From Caecitellus pseudoparvulus (lineage: Eukaryota > Protista > Bigyra: Bicosoecida): DNA of 64,000 nucleotides. The position numbers were made by a program, and so were the translations under genes. Location of the stretch: assembly GCA_965644315.1 (NCBI GenBank), contig CBFFRQ010000031.1:372001-436000 (forward strand). Reading direction: 5' to 3'. The notes beneath the pieces are model-generated. The model was given only the letters and a program-made list of their open reading frames with translations, made no database searches and was not told the DNA's origin. Positions 61,501 to 64,000 of this stretch are shown here, in pieces; the stretch's first letter is position 1, and every line of letters begins with the position of its first letter.

Positions 61501-64000
61501 CCACAGACGGCGAGGGGCAGCCACTGCCATCAGCTGTGACAGGCAGCCCCACAGAAGCGCCGGATGACCACAGCAAGGACATGGTGTCTGTTCGAGTTAT
61601 GAATGCGGCATCAGCTGCTTCTCGAGCGCTCACATTGACACCAGGCAGAGTGGGCGCAGCCGGTGCAGGTGGCCAGGCTTCCTCTGCAACATCCTTCACG
61701 TTCACTGCATCCCAGACGCAAACCCCGGCCGAATCATCAGCGACAAAGCCGTCAGCAACTCCAAGCCCGCAGAGGCCTGCGCCGTTGCATGCAGCTACAA
61801 TTGCGACGTACAAGTGCGCGTGTTGCAATGCGACCGCATCACTCGTGATGCAGAGAGAGTGCTGCTGCAAGCCAGAGGAATTGCCCTCTGCAGCCCGAAG
61901 GCTCTCAGCAGCTGAAGTCAGCGGCACTGCCCAAGCAGACGCACGGTCGAGCTGCCGCGATCCAGTGGCTTGTGACGACAATGAACTGAGGTAGTCGGTG
62001 ATTGATGCGACCCCAGCCATACCATCTGCTGTTGCGGCTGAGGCAGCTGCAACGACTGAGGCAGCCATTGGGTCTTGCCCAAGGTGCAGGATGCCCCAGT
62101 ACACGCTCGAGCGAGCATCGGCTTGCCAGCAAACTTGCACCTGCTGCCCTGGGGCCAGTGCCACGTAGTCCGCCTCGGTCGCCACGAAGCCATCGAAGGC
62201 ATCACTCTCACCAGAGAAGGGAGTGGCAAAGACCCTCCCGGCCGCTGACGCCAGGCGGACACCTGCGCTTGTGGCAGCGTTGGCGGCTGCACCTGGCCTT
62301 ACGGCATCGTCGAGGTCCACAGCTGTAGACCCTGCAGTGGATGTGATGAATGCCCCGGTATTGGTGCTGTTCTCGTCATTGGCGTAGGCTGGGTTCGGCC
62401 AAATTGGACGAACCTTCACGGTGCGCTCCGTAACCTGGGAAACTGCTGGGGCTGAGCTTGCCACACGCAGAGGCAAATAGGAGGTGTGACGAGCCCCCGT
62501 CACGTCTGCGACGACAACCGTGGTCCACACCAGAGAGTCATGGACAAGGGACAAGTCATTGATCTCAATTGCGAGAGAGAGAGTGGTTGCCCGGGACGTG
62601 GTGCCCAGAACACCCTCCCCTGACTCGACAAGCGCCACAACGGAGCGCTGGGTCGCGCTTGCAATATCGTACCCACCTGGGCTGGAACCCACAGACCAAC
62701 CAACTGCAAAGACGGGAACTTCAGACATCCACGTTCCAGTCAGAGTAAGCTTTGATGCGTCGGACTGCGTAACCACGCCACCGACGTGCGTGCACAAGTC
62801 GATCTGCGGAGCAGAGGACGGCCCGCTGTCTGCAGAAGGAAGTTGAGGATGCCACGGAGTGGGGATGATGGCCGCAGCTGTGTGGGGCTGTGGAGGAGCA
62901 CGAATGAAGGTAAACCCAGAGGAGGACGTCTGCAAATCTTGGCCAGCCTCCGTGGTTGCTCGGATCAGGGCCCGCAGGCGAGTAGGAGTGGAGCAAGCTT
63001 CAACGTCTGCTTCTTGCGGACAGAGGTCCACAGAAGTCACCACCCCCAAGCTGCTCAACATGGTGTTGGAGGCATCCTTCTCAACGCATGGCAAGGCAGC
63101 GACGGTCAGGTCGGCAGGGAGGGCCACTGCGGTGCGGCGCCCTGGAACGAAGGGCTTCCAAGCCATCACGTCACACATGCCGTCTCTCGAGGACAAGCAC
63201 CACTGGACGTCTCGCAAGTGCATGTGCCACGGCAGAGCGGTGCTAGCATCAACGCCGATGCTTGTTGTGGCATACACAGCCTCGGCGTCCTCATGGAACC
63301 CTGCCCGGGACTCCACGTCCGCAGCTTGCAGGAAGTTCAAGTCTGGCTTGAACACGAGAGAGTTGGACGGACCGGGTGTGCGGCGGACCAGGTCTGCGGG
63401 CGGCAAGACATCCACTGCCACCGACACCGGCACTTGACGTGGCTCGATAAAGAGGCCGGCCGACCACGCCTCGGCCACTGCACCTGCAGCGTTGATGGCC
63501 CGCACGCCAACAGCATACCGCTGCCCTGCAACCATGCCTGTAGCGGAGACTCCTTCAATGACGAGCACTCCGTCGTTGTCCAGGATTGCAGAGCTGGGGA
63601 GGTCTACCCACGGTTGCAGCGCGCTCCCGCGGGATGCGTCCAGCGCCACAGTGTACTGGTAGCCGACGATGTAGCTGTCTGGCTCGACAGCCAACGGGAC
63701 ATAGGCAGCAACACGCTGACCTTCAATTGCCGCCGTGTCGCTCCTGAAGCCAGCAGCCGCAACTACCTGCAGTTCCGAGCGAGCACTTGCGACAGTTGAT
63801 GCAGCCAGGGCCACGAACCGAGGCAGTTGCAGCTGGGGAGGGGTGGTATCCACGGTCAACGTGCCAACACGGCTCCAAGCTGACAGGCCATTGCAGGCCG
63901 TCGTGCGCAGCCAAACAGACCCAAGAGATCCTTGCGTCATCGTTACCGAAACAGTCACAGTATCAGCAGGCGCGTACGCGTTGCCTTCAGCGCTGGTGGG
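55541..64000 (-). CDS. Giant single-pass surface protein (5' end outside window): FN3-like VDTTPP repeats, Cys-rich repeat, GPS-like motif, PKD-like domains, TM, basic tail
   Basis: Frame is open to position 64000. Repeats VDTTPP..DSESGIAGY.W..GT.PG..YFATV..N.AGL..DGV; CTACPAGT; ICHLTEFA; VTLDASGSSDGD; TM WVWLGPVIAVCMALVIVSAVVVF followed by RRR (~56480-56548). Confidence 0.85.
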   Translation of the reverse strand, partial: PTSAEGNAYAPADTVTVSVTMTQGSLGSVWLRTTACNGLSAWSRVGTLTVDTTPPQLQLPRFVALAASTVASARSELQVVAAAGFRSDTAAIEGQRVAAYVPLAVEPDSYIVGYQYTVALDASRGSALQPWVDLPSSAILDNDGVLVIEGVSATGMVAGQRYAVGVRAINAAGAVAEAWSAGLFIEPRQVPVSVAVDVLPPADLVRRTPGPSNSLVFKPDLNFLQAADVESRAGFHEDAEAVYATTSIGVDASTALPWHMHLRDVQWCLSSRDGMCDVMAWKPFVPGRRTAVALPADLTVAALPCVEKDASNTMLSSLGVVTSVDLCPQEADVEACSTPTRLRALIRATTEAGQDLQTSSSGFTFIRAPPQPHTAAAIIPTPWHPQLPSADSGPSSAPQIDLCTHVGGVVTQSDASKLTLTGTWMSEVPVFAVGWSVGSSPGGYDIASATQRSVVALVESGEGVLGTTSRATTLSLAIEINDLSLVHDSLVWTTVVVADVTGARHTSYLPLRVASSAPAVSQVTERTVKVRPIWPNPAYANDENSTNTGAFITSTAGSTAVDLDDAVRPGAAANAATSAGVRLASAAGRVFATPFSGESDAFDGFVATEADYVALAPGQQVQVCWQADARSSVYWGILHLGQDPMAASVVAAASAATADGMAGVASITDYLSSLSSQATGSRQLDRASAWAVPLTSAAESLRAAEGNSSGLQQHSLCITSDAVALQHAHLYVAIVAACNGAGLCGLGVADGFVADDSAGVCVWDAVNVKDVAEEAWPPAPAAPTLPGVNVSAREAADAAFITRTDTMSLLWSSGASVGLPVTADGSGCPSPSVGLGDLGTDPIIANSPGFDMYADLNMTSAEFAALAPELAGHNPPRLAPLKHFEWALVQSGDEAPSRPSDNVTVGEADGTTTVFTSSTSEYSTVPVPSTDDDGAWRDGFQLPVAPVGARAPTGLHVSNDTHRHWAVIDKVLGPGLGGPQPLSSPCCHDFAAHALVVAPQSVLPLPALGSEHSSVAFSDAATAFVAAGTGAAVQLGDEVQVLTSSHTAFSAVNGAPLTVMLDAAGFSVAGSSCATSACAGGAGVSFAAIASAGGSTGTWGPPRAGASSADEGFVAIPTVLSPVSARVYVAPFVISNGVQAAFAAGSLPISLAADRYPAPVVAASGSWVAALSSQCLSAGAFFCAKAASMPSLDAAASISSDIAAVRAAGDPAATAAGVTATDAGTNLPWQLEVPLQEVPAFQQSIAVAGAGTLGVLAAVQPELASASSTSTSSTSGDSTSAPVAASGNSLQVFALSGASATADSICALASEELGSAAAGAVSQAASNGSSFPLVTNFITSVRASDVPSSHSLAPGTTLLAVAGVASAYNASIVATMSWDAVVHVNPASGACRVVLQQVGTAPIRTSQLINPSTLPPPALRAEANLQQQQLVTVSTPTAPGNGYATASRSAFCDPGFYIQATDLAIHGDAAMLCTACPAGTRSPGGLATACSSCGDVSCSGAVAQADVLAEASVNGTSLNNSLAQPLVHGRHYTVYLRSRSEAGSTFEVRSSGFTVDTTPPVIPTGAIVDGLAALNSPEDTDPSQMYLVDDVAAVADDGFLPPERVFELAGSKGLRVPSPGTDANYTANTTALSVSWSGVSDSESGIAGYGWCAGTTPGACDTVPFGHVGVTTYAVATGLTLVTGTRYFATVWVWNQAGLASSVTTDGVVVDTTPPTMDFVKDGIQGLDVATQSYTDALFAHWSTSDAESAVAKVQPASSMLTAGETDASTTPSPQDEALAATPQTGDLSFEYCISSSPPGVGLGTDDDDEVHGIQQLQASPVAGVPVTDNNVGGWVNVSRTAISCDATGGYLIGVKAPVLTLLGAELQASTVYYVAVRAINPVGLKSLFMVSSGVRVGRGDTSVTPTSGTVMAFDTVKLGNVTDEGLVGNGTSTSGPAVGAKPSDFDDDATFGSVYIPPGSVNSSTRFMASSFGPDDVGAGGSSTDPLKVNGLHNPDDKPPANNFKWNGYSFAIKALDEDGAPLDSFVFQEPIQISLFYGVGSAGGSIDPAAAAPTLFFYSVAEGRWMNAADTCTGDDYYWHLDVVAKYYTVNICHLTEFAPMLQERPSAALFSNQTLFLVPPGQVAAEVTLDASGSSDGDSSDALGFSWFYVEGGAFDPSHRVDGSSVAANSPPNGRAFSTGFADSVLALYGSIAPATSARSANLAAPSAWASSDPAVVSAASGQTSAASALEQVPVQATAAMSRNGATLTLGSLLPGAHRVAVEVEDAQGAVATAELAFRVTIPPVLAVNAATHSTAAGSVDLRGPATAASVPVASLLAQSPEGVMVQLAGTADADGNVTRTFWRCAVTRDFGNVTFVAEKASMTLARQHSELGFSLAALPEGTSQLHWLDAAEDVRDCSEEVLGGASASQTLFLAGPAADPVPVSASAGTVASLSQPGVYILEAVVVDDAGASTSSAVVVGYESHRLGKTSEEEPVPVFSIWVWLGPVIAVCMALVIVSAVVVFRRRLKAGQKRSLAAARRRSVPVDGLNPLRMKEAKRESAAPMPMSSVEVPRKTQRRRTFRQSGIALQSQFVAAVKPTRSSVFQKRDALAVARLTASRELRSARTATKSERPRPGVPGHALHGNTRRSSGRGSIVTGMNPMLSTSLAAAAIAARRRQSLAHASLQGPNVAAIGDSHRQGYESSRLHTSSQYVEELDYRQVNPINFKNSAQSDRKSGSRKSILPSKSFLQVSGTPGAKHSTARMSLMPSIGQQPSPGGRKHKGLARGHPTDIERGRIRGGHIISSTERRVNTRSFPLRRGTHLAVPDRSNLRSQN

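Noticed and set aside
1-64000. tRNA, rRNA or CRISPR arrays
   Set aside because: None recognised by eye; tRNAscan-SE/Infernal would be needed to exclude small RNAs formally.

Overview
Eukaryotic, GC-rich, gene-dense DNA with short (mostly ~60-85 nt) GT-AG introns. A ciliary DM10 gene and the gene content fit a compact-genome flagellated protist, possibly a heterotrophic stramenopile (taxonomy is inference only). There are three zones. (1) 1-27.7 kb: 14 tightly packed, mostly housekeeping genes (unknown Ig-like protein, F-box/LRR, ankyrin, RPS29, SLC38-type transporter, DDX46/Prp5, Csm1-like, EFHC/Rib72, SDR, PTRHD1, kinesin, ABCB10-like, YeeE/YedE, threonine dehydratase). (2) ~28-36.5 kb: an unusual Mutator-like (MULE) transposon whose transposase carries a catalytically dead RecQ-like helicase module and, beyond a single in-frame TAG, a Tudor domain; strong DNA hairpins lie at its left end. 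(3) 36.8-64 kb: three giant uninterrupted surface or secreted protein ORFs: an LRR receptor, a 4,691-aa secreted protein, and a >2,800-aa FN3/PKD receptor with a GPS-like HL|T motif. The best candidate for a new system is the 4,691-aa protein. It carries two phage-type GH24 lysozyme domains (one apparently intact, one dead), a TSP1 repeat and two degenerate M15-peptidase/peptidoglycan-binding modules, with RxL motifs at several module boundaries, suggesting a eukaryotic peptidoglycan capture/lysis polyprotein. All domain calls come from motif recognition by eye; no searches were run.
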